A stretch of DNA of 64,000 nt from an uncultured Clostridia bacterium (GCA_934141475.1 CAKPCG010000005.1:1962-65961); one strand, 5' to 3'; shown: positions 48,434 through 58,739, counted from the stretch's first letter. The notes: a model not told the origin generated them from the sequence alone. Translations and numbers: made by a program.

Positions 48434-49127
48434 TTACTGACTATAAATTACTGACCCCATAGATTCTCCAATTATAACATTTTCTATTAATAATACTTGA
48501 TTTGATACATCTGTTTTTGTTATTTCAAATGGAGTTAAAATATTTACAGTACAATCAATTTGCAAATATACCCTATGTACAGTTTGATTTATACTTTTTT
48601 CCATAAACTCACTTTTTAAATCTGTATTCACCTCTCCTGTTGAAGATAACTTTATTTTTATATCAGGTCCTATCCCAGATAGAAATTTAACTCCTGTAAG
48701 ACTTCCAAGTGCTATTTTCACTTTTGATTTTGGATAATTTTCAAGTGCATTTTGTATATTTACTGCAATACCTGATGTTATCTCATTTATTGTACCAATA
48801 TTTGCACCAATCATTTTTATATTTCCGTTCATTATCTTTTTCTATATTAAACATATCTTCATATTTATATTTTTTCATTACATTTGTAGCCTCTTCATTT
48901 GTAACTATTGTTGCAATTTCATGTGCCTTTTCTTTGCAAATTGTACTAAATATTGGTTCTATTGCTTTTGTAATCCTAAAATATACAAATATACTAATTA
49001 CCAAAACAATTAGTATATTTATATATATTATACTTTTTTTGTTTTTATTTTCTTTTTTATTTCTTATTATGTTTAATCTTTTTCTTGAATAGATTTTATA
49101 CGATTGCCTGCTCTCTTGCATTTTCAT
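48434..49127 (-). pseudogene. yunB: Sporulation protein YunB, interrupted as sequenced by one extra C (plus 48827)
   Basis: ORF pieces are 48783..49127 and 48434..48832. Removing the C of GAA-CGG gives ..YEDMFNIEKDNE|GNIKMIGANIGTINEITSGIAVNIQ..GPDIKIKL..SINQTVHRVYL. The length of 694 nt equals 693+1. Confidence 0.75.
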
Positions 49128-50679
49128 TTTTTTCCTTTTTTACATAATTAAATTTAGGAATATATATTTTTTGTCCTACATCTATTTTATTTTCATCTTG
49201 AATTCCATTCATTCTTACTAATTCTTCTACAGTCGTATTAAATCCTTTTGCTATTTTCCATAAAGTATCTCCTGGTCTTGTTATGTATAATATAAGACTA
49301 CTGTAATCTTCGTCATCTAAATTTTCCTTGTTTTCTACGACTTCTATATTATCAATTATACACATACTTTCATTTTTAGTTGTTTTTGCCAAAAATTCCA
49401 TCTCAATTTTTCCACTTACTTCGCCTTTGGCATTTATTTCAAAATTTGATTCTTTTATAGATATTTCTGTATCTACATTTATATCATTACTCCTGTTTTC
49501 ATTATCCACACTACATTCAAAAGGTATTTTGGCACTTCTTGAATTTATTGTGCTGTCATTTGTAAAAATAAAGTTCATATTTAAATCTCCTGAATATGTT
49601 ATTTCAGAATCATTTATTTGTGTATTTAACAAACTTGGTGTTATCTCCACATCCAACAAACTTCCATCAGAAATATCGGGTATTTGTAATTGATCTTTTA
49701 CCATTATATCTTTTAAGTTTTCTTTTTTTTCTATTGAAGTAGATATTCTTTTTTGTGAAAATTCTAAATTAGTTGTTGGACTATATAAATCTTGAATTAA
49801 ATTTATTCTTTTATTTTCATATGCCATACAATTTTCTTCTATTTCTAATTCTACATATATCGAATGCTCTTCTGGAGGATTTAATCTAAATAACATATTT
49901 TTTATTTCGTAATTTACATCACATATATTTTCTTCTGATATATTTTGAATATCTATAAATCCAACTACAGGTATTTTTCCAACAACTCTTCCAATTCTAT
50001 TATCTTCTGTTAAATACATTATTTTTATTTCTGCTTCTGCTTTTGCCAAAATTTTGTTATAGCTTATTTTTATATCTTTATCTACTAAATTTATATCAAC
50101 TTTTAGGATTTCTGCAATCTCGTCTTTTGCATCTGTATTTAATGTGTCTTTAGCATATACCGATGTTTTTCCTGTGCCTATTAATGAATTTATTTCAAAA
50201 TCTTTTTGCAAAGTTTGTATATCTTCAATATTGTTTATTTTGTTTATTATTTGTATATCCTCATTTGAATATATTTTTATATTTACCTCTAAACTTGCTT
50301 TTACATTTATTTTTCTTCCATTAATAACCTTACATTCCATGTCTCTTATTATACAATCCGTATTTAAATACATTCCTTCTCTTGCACCTTTTACAGCTAT
50401 ACTTTCAGAAAAATCCAAATTACAGTTTAAAGCCCTTAAATTATCGTCCTTACTATCTGGTAAATACATTATATATGTATTTACTGCTCCATCTATTTTT
50501 ACTTTATCTTCTGTTATTTCTTTTTTATATAAACATATGTTACCAGAAACGTTTATTGTACTTAAAATATCTGGTTTTGAGTCTGGAACTATAATATCGT
50601 TACTTACGAAAATTATTTCCTTTTTTTCTGTAATTAGCTTATTAATACATATATTTTCTTTGCTTACTTGTACCTCCAT
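49096..50679 (-). CDS. SipL/SpoVID-like spore morphogenetic protein (DUF3794/SPOCS repeats plus a C-terminal LysM domain)
   Basis: The C-terminus YITRPGDTLWKIAKGFNTTVEELVRMNGI..VGQKIYIP is a LysM domain. Size and architecture resemble the Clostridioides SipL as I remember it. Confidence 0.6.
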   Translation of the reverse strand: MEVQVSKENICINKLITEKKEIIFVSNDIIVPDSKPDILSTINVSGNICLYKKEITEDKVKIDGAVNTYIMYLPDSKDDNLRALNCNLDFSESIAVKGAREGMYLNTDCIIRDMECKVINGRKINVKASLEVNIKIYSNEDIQIINKINNIEDIQTLQKDFEINSLIGTGKTSVYAKDTLNTDAKDEIAEILKVDINLVDKDIKISYNKILAKAEAEIKIMYLTEDNRIGRVVGKIPVVGFIDIQNISEENICDVNYEIKNMLFRLNPPEEHSIYVELEIEENCMAYENKRINLIQDLYSPTTNLEFSQKRISTSIEKKENLKDIMVKDQLQIPDISDGSLLDVEITPSLLNTQINDSEITYSGDLNMNFIFTNDSTINSRSAKIPFECSVDNENRSNDINVDTEISIKESNFEINAKGEVSGKIEMEFLAKTTKNESMCIIDNIEVVENKENLDDEDYSSLILYITRPGDTLWKIAKGFNTTVEELVRMNGIQDENKIDVGQKIYIPKFNYVKKEKNENAREQAIV

Positions 50680-50748
50680 AAAAAACCTCCTAATATAATT
50701 TACTATAATTATATTAAGAGGCTTATAATTTATGACTAGTTTAATATA

Positions 50749-51198
50749 CTAGCAATAATTTTTTATTGAACCCTTGCAATCACAAATATCTTCAATTGTT
50801 TCCGTAAATTGTTGATCTCCTATTTTTTGACCATTACGAGCTAGGTCTCCCATTGTTAATATTCCAACTATTTTGTTCTTTTCGTCAACAACAGGAATTC
50901 TTCTTACTTGATTTTTTGACATTGTTTCTTGTGCGGTTTTTACATCTTCTTTGCATCCACAAGTACATACATTTGTTGTCATTATTTCACTAACAGGCGT
51001 AGATTTTGTATTTTTATCACATGCAACTGTTCTTAATACTATATCTCTATCTGTTATAAGTCCTACCACACATTTATTGTCATCACATACAGGAATACAA
51101 CCAACATGATTTTCGTTCATTATTCTAGCTGCATCATATACATTGCAATTTGGTTTTACAAAGCATACGTCTTGACACATACATTCATCAACTTTCAT
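50749..51198 (-). CDS. CBS-domain pair protein
   Basis: Two CBS repeats (..GCIPVCDD..VGLITDRDI.. and ..RRIPVVDEKNKIVGILTMGDL..). Cys-rich. Confidence 0.8.
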   Translation of the reverse strand: MKVDECMCQDVCFVKPNCNVYDAARIMNENHVGCIPVCDDNKCVVGLITDRDIVLRTVACDKNTKSTPVSEIMTTNVCTCGCKEDVKTAQETMSKNQVRRIPVVDEKNKIVGILTMGDLARNGQKIGDQQFTETIEDICDCKGSIKNYC

Positions 51199-51408
51199 TT
51201 TGTATCAATCCTTTCCTATTTTTGTGAATAATCCAATATAAAATTTTGATATTATTCGCAATTTATATTTGTGCTTAGGTAAATTAGATAATGTATAATT
51301 ATTAATTATTTGTAGATAATTAATAATATTTAGTCACTAATTGTTAATTATTAATAACTAATTATCTAATTTACATATCTTATTATTGCATAAAGCAAAA
51401 AAAATATA

Positions 51409-51438
51409 CTGGAAAAGAATTCAAATTTTCTTTTCCAG
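51409..51438 (-). terminator. Terminator hairpin abutting the prmC stop
   Basis: CTGGAAAAGAA-8 nt loop-TTCTTTTCCAG (11-bp perfect stem). On the minus strand a T8 run follows 6 nt after the stem. Confidence 0.6.
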
Positions 51439-52284
51439 TTACCCTATTTGTGCAATAATTACTCTATCATTTTTACATAAGTCTTTAATGCAACGTAAAT
51501 TTACATATCTTTTCTTGTTTTCCAAAATTTTCTTTACAGATAATTTTTGATTATATCCTATTTCCAAACATACATATCCCTGTCTGTTTAAGAACTTATA
51601 ACTGTTGTCTGCGATTTTTCTATAAAAATCTAATCCATCTTTTCCACCATCTAGTGCTATTTTAGGTTCTTTTTGAACTTCTTTTGATAAAGTTTTTATC
51701 GTTTCAGTTTCTATGTATGGTGGGTTAGAAACAATAATATCAAATTTTTTGTCTTTTATTTTATCAAATAAATTCGATTCTATAAAATCTATATTATTTT
51801 TTACCCCATTTAATTCAGCATTTTTTTTAGCCATTTCCAGTGCTTTTGGACTTATGTCTACAGCATAAATATGTACATTTTTCACGTATTTTGCAAGTGC
51901 TACTGCAATTGCACCACTTCCTGTACATAAATCTAAAATTACAGGATTGCTAATATTTTCGGCAATTTTTATAACTTCTTCTACCAAGATTTCTGTATCT
52001 GGTCTTGGAATTAAGACATCTTTAGTTACAAGATAATTCAGTTTCATAAATTCTTGTCTTCCTGTTATATATTGCAAAGGTTCTCCCATTATAAGTCTTT
52101 TTACATTTTTTATATATTTATCTCTTTCTTCTGGTGTGACTTCTTTTGTGTCATATATCATTAAATATTCTCTTGTTTTTTTCATAGTTGCCTGCAATAA
52201 CATTCTCGCTTTATTTTTCGGTGCATCTATGTTTTCGTTTTTTAACATTATTACTGCTTGATTTAATAGTTCTTTTATTGTCAT
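51439..52284 (-). CDS. prmC: Release-factor glutamine N5-methyltransferase
   Basis: DLCTGSGAIAV and NPPY motifs. Confidence 0.9.
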   Translation of the reverse strand: MTIKELLNQAVIMLKNENIDAPKNKARMLLQATMKKTREYLMIYDTKEVTPEERDKYIKNVKRLIMGEPLQYITGRQEFMKLNYLVTKDVLIPRPDTEILVEEVIKIAENISNPVILDLCTGSGAIAVALAKYVKNVHIYAVDISPKALEMAKKNAELNGVKNNIDFIESNLFDKIKDKKFDIIVSNPPYIETETIKTLSKEVQKEPKIALDGGKDGLDFYRKIADNSYKFLNRQGYVCLEIGYNQKLSVKKILENKKRYVNLRCIKDLCKNDRVIIAQIG

Positions 52285-52295
52285 ATCATCACCTT

Positions 52296-52892
52296 CTATT
52301 TATCTTTTAATAAATCTTTTCCATCTTTTAAATAATCCCAACCAGAAAAAATAGTTGCTATAACTGATATTACCATCATTATTGTCGTAAATATATTAAT
52401 TACTAAATGTACACCCGTAATGTCTGCTTTTAAAAATTCCGCAAAAGTTCCAATATCTATATATGCTAATATTATTGCAATCATCTGTGTTACTGTTTTT
52501 AATTTTCCCCAAATTGATGCAGCAATAACTTCTCCGCCATTTTGAGAAGCAATTAGTCTATAACCAGAAACTACAAATTCTCTAAATAAAATTATTATTG
52601 GAATCCATGCTGGAATTTTTCCAAATTCTACAAGCATTATTAATGCTGCAAGCACTAATATTTTGTCAGCAATTGGATCTAGGAATTTGCCAAATGTTGT
52701 TACTAAGTTTCTTGATCTTGCTATTGTTCCATCTAATTTATCTGTTATTGATGCTATTATAAATATTAAATCTATTATTAGATATGTAATGGGGATTTCT
52801 AAAAAGGTTCCTTGTATATTTAAAAATGGTATTATTACCATTATAGGTACAAGTATAATTCTAAATACTGTTAATTTATTTGGCAAATTCAT
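52296..52892 (-). CDS. pgsA: CDP-diacylglycerol--glycerol-3-phosphate 3-phosphatidyltransferase
   Basis: NKLTVFRI.. and DKLDG..AR......G..LDP.ADK motif. Confidence 0.9.
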   Translation of the reverse strand: MNLPNKLTVFRIILVPIMVIIPFLNIQGTFLEIPITYLIIDLIFIIASITDKLDGTIARSRNLVTTFGKFLDPIADKILVLAALIMLVEFGKIPAWIPIIILFREFVVSGYRLIASQNGGEVIAASIWGKLKTVTQMIAIILAYIDIGTFAEFLKADITGVHLVINIFTTIMMVISVIATIFSGWDYLKDGKDLLKDK

Positions 52893-52933
52893 TTTTTATT
52901 CCTTTCATTTATTTATTTTTTATCTTTTATTTT

Positions 52934-54175
52934 CTATTGTTGTTTCAATACTTCAATTGCTTTTTGAAGTTGTGTATCTTGATCTCGTGTTACTGAATAT
53001 ATGCTTTTTACTGTATCAGGTAAATTTACTTCTTCATTTGGAGTAATTCCTACTTTGTGTATTGTTGTTCCTTTTGGTGTATAGTATTCCTCTGTTGTAA
53101 TTTTTAAACCACTTCCATCTTGTAAAGATAATAATGTTTGAATTACACCTTTTCCATATGTTTTTGTTCCTATTATTTTTGCTCTTTCATTATCTTGAAG
53201 TGAACATGCAAGTATTTCTGATGCACTTGCTGAATTTTCATTTGCTAATACTACTAATGGCATTGTAAATGTTGGGTCTTTTTCAGAATATGTTATTTCT
53301 TTCTTTTCGTCTTTATCAACAGTCGAAATTATTGTTTGACCTTTATCTAATAACATATCTGCTATATCAGTTGCTTCATTTACTATACCTCCTCCATTAT
53401 TACGCAAATCTATTATTAAACTTTTTGCACCTTTATTTTGTAATTCTTTTACTTTTTCTTCAAAATCTTTTGCTGTTCCTTCATCAAAACTTGGCAATTT
53501 TAAATATCCTATATTATTTTCTAGTAGTTCAATTGTTATTGGGTTTGTGTTTATTTTTTCTCTTTTTATTTCAAAATCTAGTCTTTCTCCATCCCTTTCA
53601 ACTACAAGTTTTACTGTTGTTCCTTCTTTTCCTTTTATGTAATCAGCAATAGTAGAAAAATCATCTGCAGTATATTCTGTTCCATCTACACTTACTATTA
53701 AATCTCCTGCTTTTATTCCTGCTTTTTCAGCTGGGCTTTCTGGGATTGGGTAATAGACCACTACTCTTCCAGAATCTTTATCTGCTATCATATAAATTCC
53801 TATTCCAACAAAATTTCCTGTTATATTTTGAGTATATTCATCCATATCACTTGCAGGAATATATTCAGTGTATTCATCTCCTAGCCCTTCTACGTAACCT
53901 TTTATTGCTCCTTCTTGTAATTTTGTTTCATCAATTTTGTCATTCCATAAATAATATTTATCTATTGTTGTTTTTATCTTTTTTAAATATTTTTCTAAGT
54001 CTGTAGAACTGCTTTTTTCTTCACTTACACTTGTTGTAACATTTCCTATAAGGGATTTTATTGAAGTTTCGCTATAATATGAATACATTGAAACTGCTGT
54101 TATCATAAATGTAACAAATGCTGTTAAAGCAACTAACATTATTGTCTTATAAATTCTATTTTTTTTATCTTCCAT
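52934..54175 (-). CDS. S41 family C-terminal processing peptidase with a PDZ domain
   Basis: PAEKAGIKAGDLIVSVDG (PDZ), LIIDLRNNGGG, NENSASASEI, GTKTYGKG. Confidence 0.9.
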   Translation of the reverse strand: MEDKKNRIYKTIMLVALTAFVTFMITAVSMYSYYSETSIKSLIGNVTTSVSEEKSSSTDLEKYLKKIKTTIDKYYLWNDKIDETKLQEGAIKGYVEGLGDEYTEYIPASDMDEYTQNITGNFVGIGIYMIADKDSGRVVVYYPIPESPAEKAGIKAGDLIVSVDGTEYTADDFSTIADYIKGKEGTTVKLVVERDGERLDFEIKREKINTNPITIELLENNIGYLKLPSFDEGTAKDFEEKVKELQNKGAKSLIIDLRNNGGGIVNEATDIADMLLDKGQTIISTVDKDEKKEITYSEKDPTFTMPLVVLANENSASASEILACSLQDNERAKIIGTKTYGKGVIQTLLSLQDGSGLKITTEEYYTPKGTTIHKVGITPNEEVNLPDTVKSIYSVTRDQDTQLQKAIEVLKQQ

Positions 54176-54302
54176 TTTGACTTGTTTAAAATCGCAAAAT
54201 TATTGTAACTTTAAACTGCCTCCTTTCATATATTTCATTTTATATAATTATATATTTGCTAAATTTCTTTTTATTCTTGTATATGTTTTATTTTTCCAAT
54301 TA

Positions 54303-55619
54303 TTATGGTAAGTATGGCAATGGATTTACTGCTTTGAATCTTCCATTTGTAAGTACTTGTACCTCAAAATGTAAATGTGTACCAGTTGAATTTCCTGTAG
54401 AACCAACTATTCCTAAAGCTTGACCTTGAGATACTTTATCTCCTTTTGAAACTTTTCTTGAACCTGCCAACATATGTGCATATAATGTAACTGTTCCGTC
54501 TCCATGGTTTATCATTATGAACTCTCCATAGCTTCTATAACTTCCGTCTGAATTTTTTAATGCTTCAGATTTAAGTACAGTTCCTCCCTTTGCAGCAACT
54601 ACTGTTTTTCCTGTTACATTAATATTTACGTCCACTCCTGTATGGCCTGCATATGATGGAAATGTTTTTACTCTTATATTTGCTTTGCTACATCCTGAAA
54701 CTGGGAAAATAAATCCTGAAACACTTGGTGTTGATGTATTATTATTTGAATTTGATGTTGAATTTGAAGATGAATTGTGTTTTCCACTAGATGTGTTTGA
54801 TGAACTACTTGATTGATTTTTCTTAGCTGCTTCAGCCGCTTCTTTTTCCCTTTTTTCTTTTTCTATTCTTTCTTTCTCAATTCTTTCAGCTTCTTGTCTT
54901 GCTAATTCTTTTAATTCTTTATCAATAACCGCTTTATCTTCTAGCATTTCTTCAATTTCTTTTTGTGTTGCCTTTTCACTTTCTGATAATTCGCTTGCTT
55001 TTGCTTCTTTTTCTTTTTTTGCAACTTTTAAAGCACTCGCTTTTGCTTCTTTATTTTTCTTAGCTTCATCTAATGATGTTTTGCTATTTTCCAATTCAGT
55101 TTTTTCTGTTTCTATTTTTTGTTTTTCTTCTTCTACTTGTTTTAACATTTCTGTATCATATGATGTTAGTTCTGACACAATATAGTAACTTGATATAAAA
55201 TCTGTTAAACTACTAGCTGATAATAATACATCTAAATATGATATATCTCCATTTTCATACATAGTTACTAATCTTTCATCTAATGCTGCTTGTTGTTTTT
55301 TATATTCTTCTTCATCAGCTTTTATTTGCTTTTGAGCTTCTTTAATTTTATTTTGTAAGCTTGTTATTTGCGAATCTAACTCATCTATATCTGATTGATA
55401 ATCTGATATTTGGCTCATTAGATTTTCAACCTGATTTAATGTATCTGATTTTTCTTGCTGAATATCATTTAAATCTTCTTGTGCCTGTGAAATAGAGTCA
55501 TTTAAATCCGATTTTTGATTTTGTAAATCTGTTTTACTAGTTGCAATACTTATGTTTGTGTATGTACTACAAATTCCTACTATTAGTATAATCGCTAGTA
55601 TTTTAAAACTTTTTTTCAT
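54303..55619 (-). CDS. Coiled-coil M23 metallopeptidase (EnvC-like) with a Ser/Asn-rich linker
   Basis: Long heptad region, SSSSSNTSSGKHNSSSNSTSNSNNNTS linker, HTGVD..GSTGNSTGTHLHFEV. Confidence 0.85.
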   Translation of the reverse strand: MKKSFKILAIILIVGICSTYTNISIATSKTDLQNQKSDLNDSISQAQEDLNDIQQEKSDTLNQVENLMSQISDYQSDIDELDSQITSLQNKIKEAQKQIKADEEEYKKQQAALDERLVTMYENGDISYLDVLLSASSLTDFISSYYIVSELTSYDTEMLKQVEEEKQKIETEKTELENSKTSLDEAKKNKEAKASALKVAKKEKEAKASELSESEKATQKEIEEMLEDKAVIDKELKELARQEAERIEKERIEKEKREKEAAEAAKKNQSSSSSNTSSGKHNSSSNSTSNSNNNTSTPSVSGFIFPVSGCSKANIRVKTFPSYAGHTGVDVNINVTGKTVVAAKGGTVLKSEALKNSDGSYRSYGEFIMINHGDGTVTLYAHMLAGSRKVSKGDKVSQGQALGIVGSTGNSTGTHLHFEVQVLTNGRFKAVNPLPYLP

Positions 55620-55653
55620 AATATAAAATTCCTTTCTTGTATCTTAAAGTAAT

Positions 55654-56799
55654 TTATCCTTCTGGTATAGAAACATAGTCAAGTGGATTTACCGGTGATC
55701 CATTAACTCTTACTTCAAAATGAGCATGTGGACCTGTTGAATATCCTGTTGATCCAACCTTTAAAACTACATCTCCTGCTTTTACTTCTTGCCCTACCTC
55801 AGCAATTATTTGAGAACCATGTGCATATAATGTTTGTACTCCTCCTCCATGATCTATTATAACCATGTTTCCATATGCTGTATTATATCCTGCCTTTACA
55901 ACAACTCCATCTGCCATAGCTGTAAAGTCATTTCCTATTGTTGCACTTATATCCACTCCTGTATGTAATTTATAAACTCCTGTTATTGGGTGAGTTCTCA
56001 TTCCATAATTTGATGTTATTGTATAATGACCTTCAATTGGCCACTGCATTGGTCCGCCTTTGTAGTCTTCACCAAAGCTGATTGTAGATGCTATTTTCTT
56101 TATTTCTGCTTCAATTTCATTGATTTGGTTATTATACTCATCTATTTTTGCCTGTACTGCTTGTTCTTCTATACTTAATTTTTCTAAATAATTTTGTCTT
56201 AAAACTTTTGTATTTGATAGTGCTATTTGTGTTTTTTGCTGAGTTGATTTTTGTTTTTCTAAACTTTCTTTTTGCTTATCTAACTCTAAATTTTTATCTG
56301 CTATTTGTTTTCTTTGGTTTTCCACTAGTTCTAGTAAATCCATATCATATGAAGTTAATTCTGAAATTAAGTAGTATGTTGATATAAAATCAGATATACT
56401 ATTAGATCCAAGTACAACATCTAAATAATTTGTATTATTTGTTTCATACATCTCAACAAGCCTTGCATCTAATAATTCTTTTTGTGTATTATATTTTTTT
56501 GTTATTTTTTCAAGATTTTCTTCAACTTTTGATATTTCATTTTCTTTGTTTTCAATTTCACTATTTAATTTATCTAAATTAGTTTGCGTTGTTTCAATAC
56601 TTTCATCTAATTTTTGTATTTGTTTTAGGTTATCTGTGAGTTCATCATTAACATCAGATAGTTGATTATTACTTTCATCTAATTGTGCTTGTATTTCGTT
56701 TTTCTGATTTTGTAATTCGTTAAAATCTGCTGCATATGAAACAAAAGAAATGGTGCAAATTAGCATAACAATAATTGCTATTTTATAAATTTTGCCCAT
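55654..56799 (-). CDS. Coiled-coil M23 metallopeptidase (EnvC-like), second paralogue
   Basis: HTGVDI..GSTGYSTGPHAHFEV. Confidence 0.85.
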   Translation of the reverse strand: MGKIYKIAIIVMLICTISFVSYAADFNELQNQKNEIQAQLDESNNQLSDVNDELTDNLKQIQKLDESIETTQTNLDKLNSEIENKENEISKVEENLEKITKKYNTQKELLDARLVEMYETNNTNYLDVVLGSNSISDFISTYYLISELTSYDMDLLELVENQRKQIADKNLELDKQKESLEKQKSTQQKTQIALSNTKVLRQNYLEKLSIEEQAVQAKIDEYNNQINEIEAEIKKIASTISFGEDYKGGPMQWPIEGHYTITSNYGMRTHPITGVYKLHTGVDISATIGNDFTAMADGVVVKAGYNTAYGNMVIIDHGGGVQTLYAHGSQIIAEVGQEVKAGDVVLKVGSTGYSTGPHAHFEVRVNGSPVNPLDYVSIPEG

Positions 56800-56831
56800 T
56801 ACTTTTTCCTCCTTTCTAAACTATTACTTTT

Positions 56832-57752
56832 TTAAACTTTTAAATATTTTCTCATTGAAAGACTGCTTCCTAATACTCCTATTCCAACTCCTAATACCAA
56901 GTATATAATCAAAATAAGATTAAACATATCGCTAAAGTCTAGTAATTTTAGTCCTAATTTTGATAAAAATCCAACAAATCCTGCATTTTGTCCTATTAAA
57001 ATATATATTCCTGCAATTATTGCTAAAGAAATTGCACCAGATATTAAACCAATTATTACACCTTCTACTATAAATGGCCATCTTATGAAACTATTTGTTG
57101 CTCCAACATATTTCATAATTGATATTTCTTTTCTTCTAGCATAAACAGTAAGTTTTATTGTATTTGAAATTATAAAAATGCTTACTCCTACTAATGCTAT
57201 TATTATTACATAACTTCCAATTTTTACTCCTTTAGCTATTTTTATAAGTGCTTCTATTGTTTCATCACTACTTGTTACTTTTTTTATGTTTTCCATTTCT
57301 TTTATTTCTTTTTGTACTTCTGTACTTTTACTTAAATCTGTTAATGTTACTATATAAGATGATGGAAAGACGTTGTTTTCGTCATATCCATCTAGTAAAT
57401 ATGATTTATCTCCTAGTTTGTCTTTCATATGCTGAAGTGCTTCTTTTTTTGATACAAATTCAATTGTATTTACTCCATCTAGTGCATTTATTTTTTCGCC
57501 TAAGTCTTTTATTTCCTCATCTGTTGAATCATTTGTTATATATACTTGTATTCCTTGTTTTGTTTCTACTTGCTTTACAAAGTTATTAAAATTACCAACT
57601 AATATAAAACAAATTCCAAAAAATATCATTATTACACACATCGTTCCAAAAGATGTTGCTGCCTGCTTTTTGTTTTTAAATATATTTGAAATTCCTTCAC
57701 CTATCAAATATGTTAATACATTATATTTCATCATAACCACCTTTTTTATCAT
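56832..57752 (-). CDS. ftsX: Cell-division ABC transporter permease FtsX
   Basis: Four TM helices, a large first extracellular loop, and position after ftsE. The true start is probably the MMKYNV codons overlapping the ftsE stop. Confidence 0.88.
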   Translation of the reverse strand: MIKKVVMMKYNVLTYLIGEGISNIFKNKKQAATSFGTMCVIMIFFGICFILVGNFNNFVKQVETKQGIQVYITNDSTDEEIKDLGEKINALDGVNTIEFVSKKEALQHMKDKLGDKSYLLDGYDENNVFPSSYIVTLTDLSKSTEVQKEIKEMENIKKVTSSDETIEALIKIAKGVKIGSYVIIIALVGVSIFIISNTIKLTVYARRKEISIMKYVGATNSFIRWPFIVEGVIIGLISGAISLAIIAGIYILIGQNAGFVGFLSKLGLKLLDFSDMFNLILIIYLVLGVGIGVLGSSLSMRKYLKV

Positions 57753-58404
57753 CTCTTATTATTTCGCCTTTTTCGATATGTATAACTCTTTTTTTCATTT
57801 TGTCTACTATATCCTTGGCGTGAGTTGCAACAACTACTGTTGTTCCTCTCATGTTTATATCATTTAATAAATTCATAATATCCCATGCTGTATCTGGGTC
57901 TAGGTTTCCTGTTGGTTCGTCTGCAATTAGCATAGATGGATTATTTACCAAAGCTCTTGCAAGTGCTACTCTTTGTTGTTCTCCTCCAGATAACTCATGT
58001 GGATACATTTTAGCTTTTTGGCTTAGTCCTACTAATGATAGTACCATTGGTACTTGTCTACGAATGTGTCTTTGTGTTGCACGAACAATATACATTGCAT
58101 ATGCTACATTGTCATATACTGTTTTATCTGGTAATAATCTAAAGTCTTGAAAAACAACTCCCATACTTCTACGTAAATATGGTACTCTATTTGGTTTTAA
58201 AAAAGTTGTATCTTTTCCATTTATTATGATGTTTCCAGATGTTGCTTCTTCTTCTTTTAAGATTAATTTTATTAATGTTGATTTTCCACTTCCTGATGTT
58301 CCAACTAAAAAACAAAACTCTCCTTTCTCTATCAAAAAATTAGCATTTTTGACAGCTTTTGTTCCTGTATCATACGTTTTTGAAACGTTTCTAAATTCTA
58401 TCAT
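57721..58404 (-). CDS. ftsE: Cell-division ATP-binding protein FtsE
   Basis: GTSGSGKST, LSGGEQQR, LIADEPTGNLD. Confidence 0.93.
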   Translation of the reverse strand: MIEFRNVSKTYDTGTKAVKNANFLIEKGEFCFLVGTSGSGKSTLIKLILKEEEATSGNIIINGKDTTFLKPNRVPYLRRSMGVVFQDFRLLPDKTVYDNVAYAMYIVRATQRHIRRQVPMVLSLVGLSQKAKMYPHELSGGEQQRVALARALVNNPSMLIADEPTGNLDPDTAWDIMNLLNDINMRGTTVVVATHAKDIVDKMKKRVIHIEKGEIIRDDKKGGYDEI

Positions 58405-58498
58405 TTTTACAAATTACTCCTTTTGTCTACTTTATTATATTTATTCTCATCTATCATAACAATAATTTTTTTTTTTTTCAATAGAATTTACGAAAAAT

Positions 58499-58645
58499 TT
58501 ACAAATTATTCGTGCCTTTAGTTTGTTTTTTTATCTCCATTCTTAATAGTGCAATTTCTTTAGTTAGATTTATTAATAATTTATCTCTTGAGTTTATTTT
58601 TCTTTCTATTGATTTTAAAATTTGTTCAACTTTCTTTTCTTCCAT
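58499..58645 (-). CDS. Small coiled-coil protein (48 aa) upstream of ftsEX
   Basis: MEEKKVEQILKSIERKINSRDKLLINLTKEIALLRMEIKKQTKGTNNL. The longer ORF-track start (58708) would lie upstream of the predicted transcription start. Confidence 0.4.
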   Translation of the reverse strand: MEEKKVEQILKSIERKINSRDKLLINLTKEIALLRMEIKKQTKGTNNL

Positions 58646-58710
58646 AATGATTTTCCTTTCAATAACTTTAATAAATTTTGAATTTAAATATTTTTGACTT
58701 AACTGCAAGC

Positions 58711-58739
58711 ATTATACTTATATTTTTGCATTTTGTCAA
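58711..58739 (-). promoter_or_regulatory. Perfect-consensus sigma-A promoter
   Basis: Minus strand reads TTGACA-17 nt-TATAAT. Confidence 0.7.

Noticed and set aside
58466-58478. A T13 (A13 on the coding strand) tract between the small coiled-coil ORF and ftsE as a phase-variation switch.
   Set aside because: It is intergenic and does not lie between a -35 and a -10 that I can identify. It is more likely just an AT-rich spacer.
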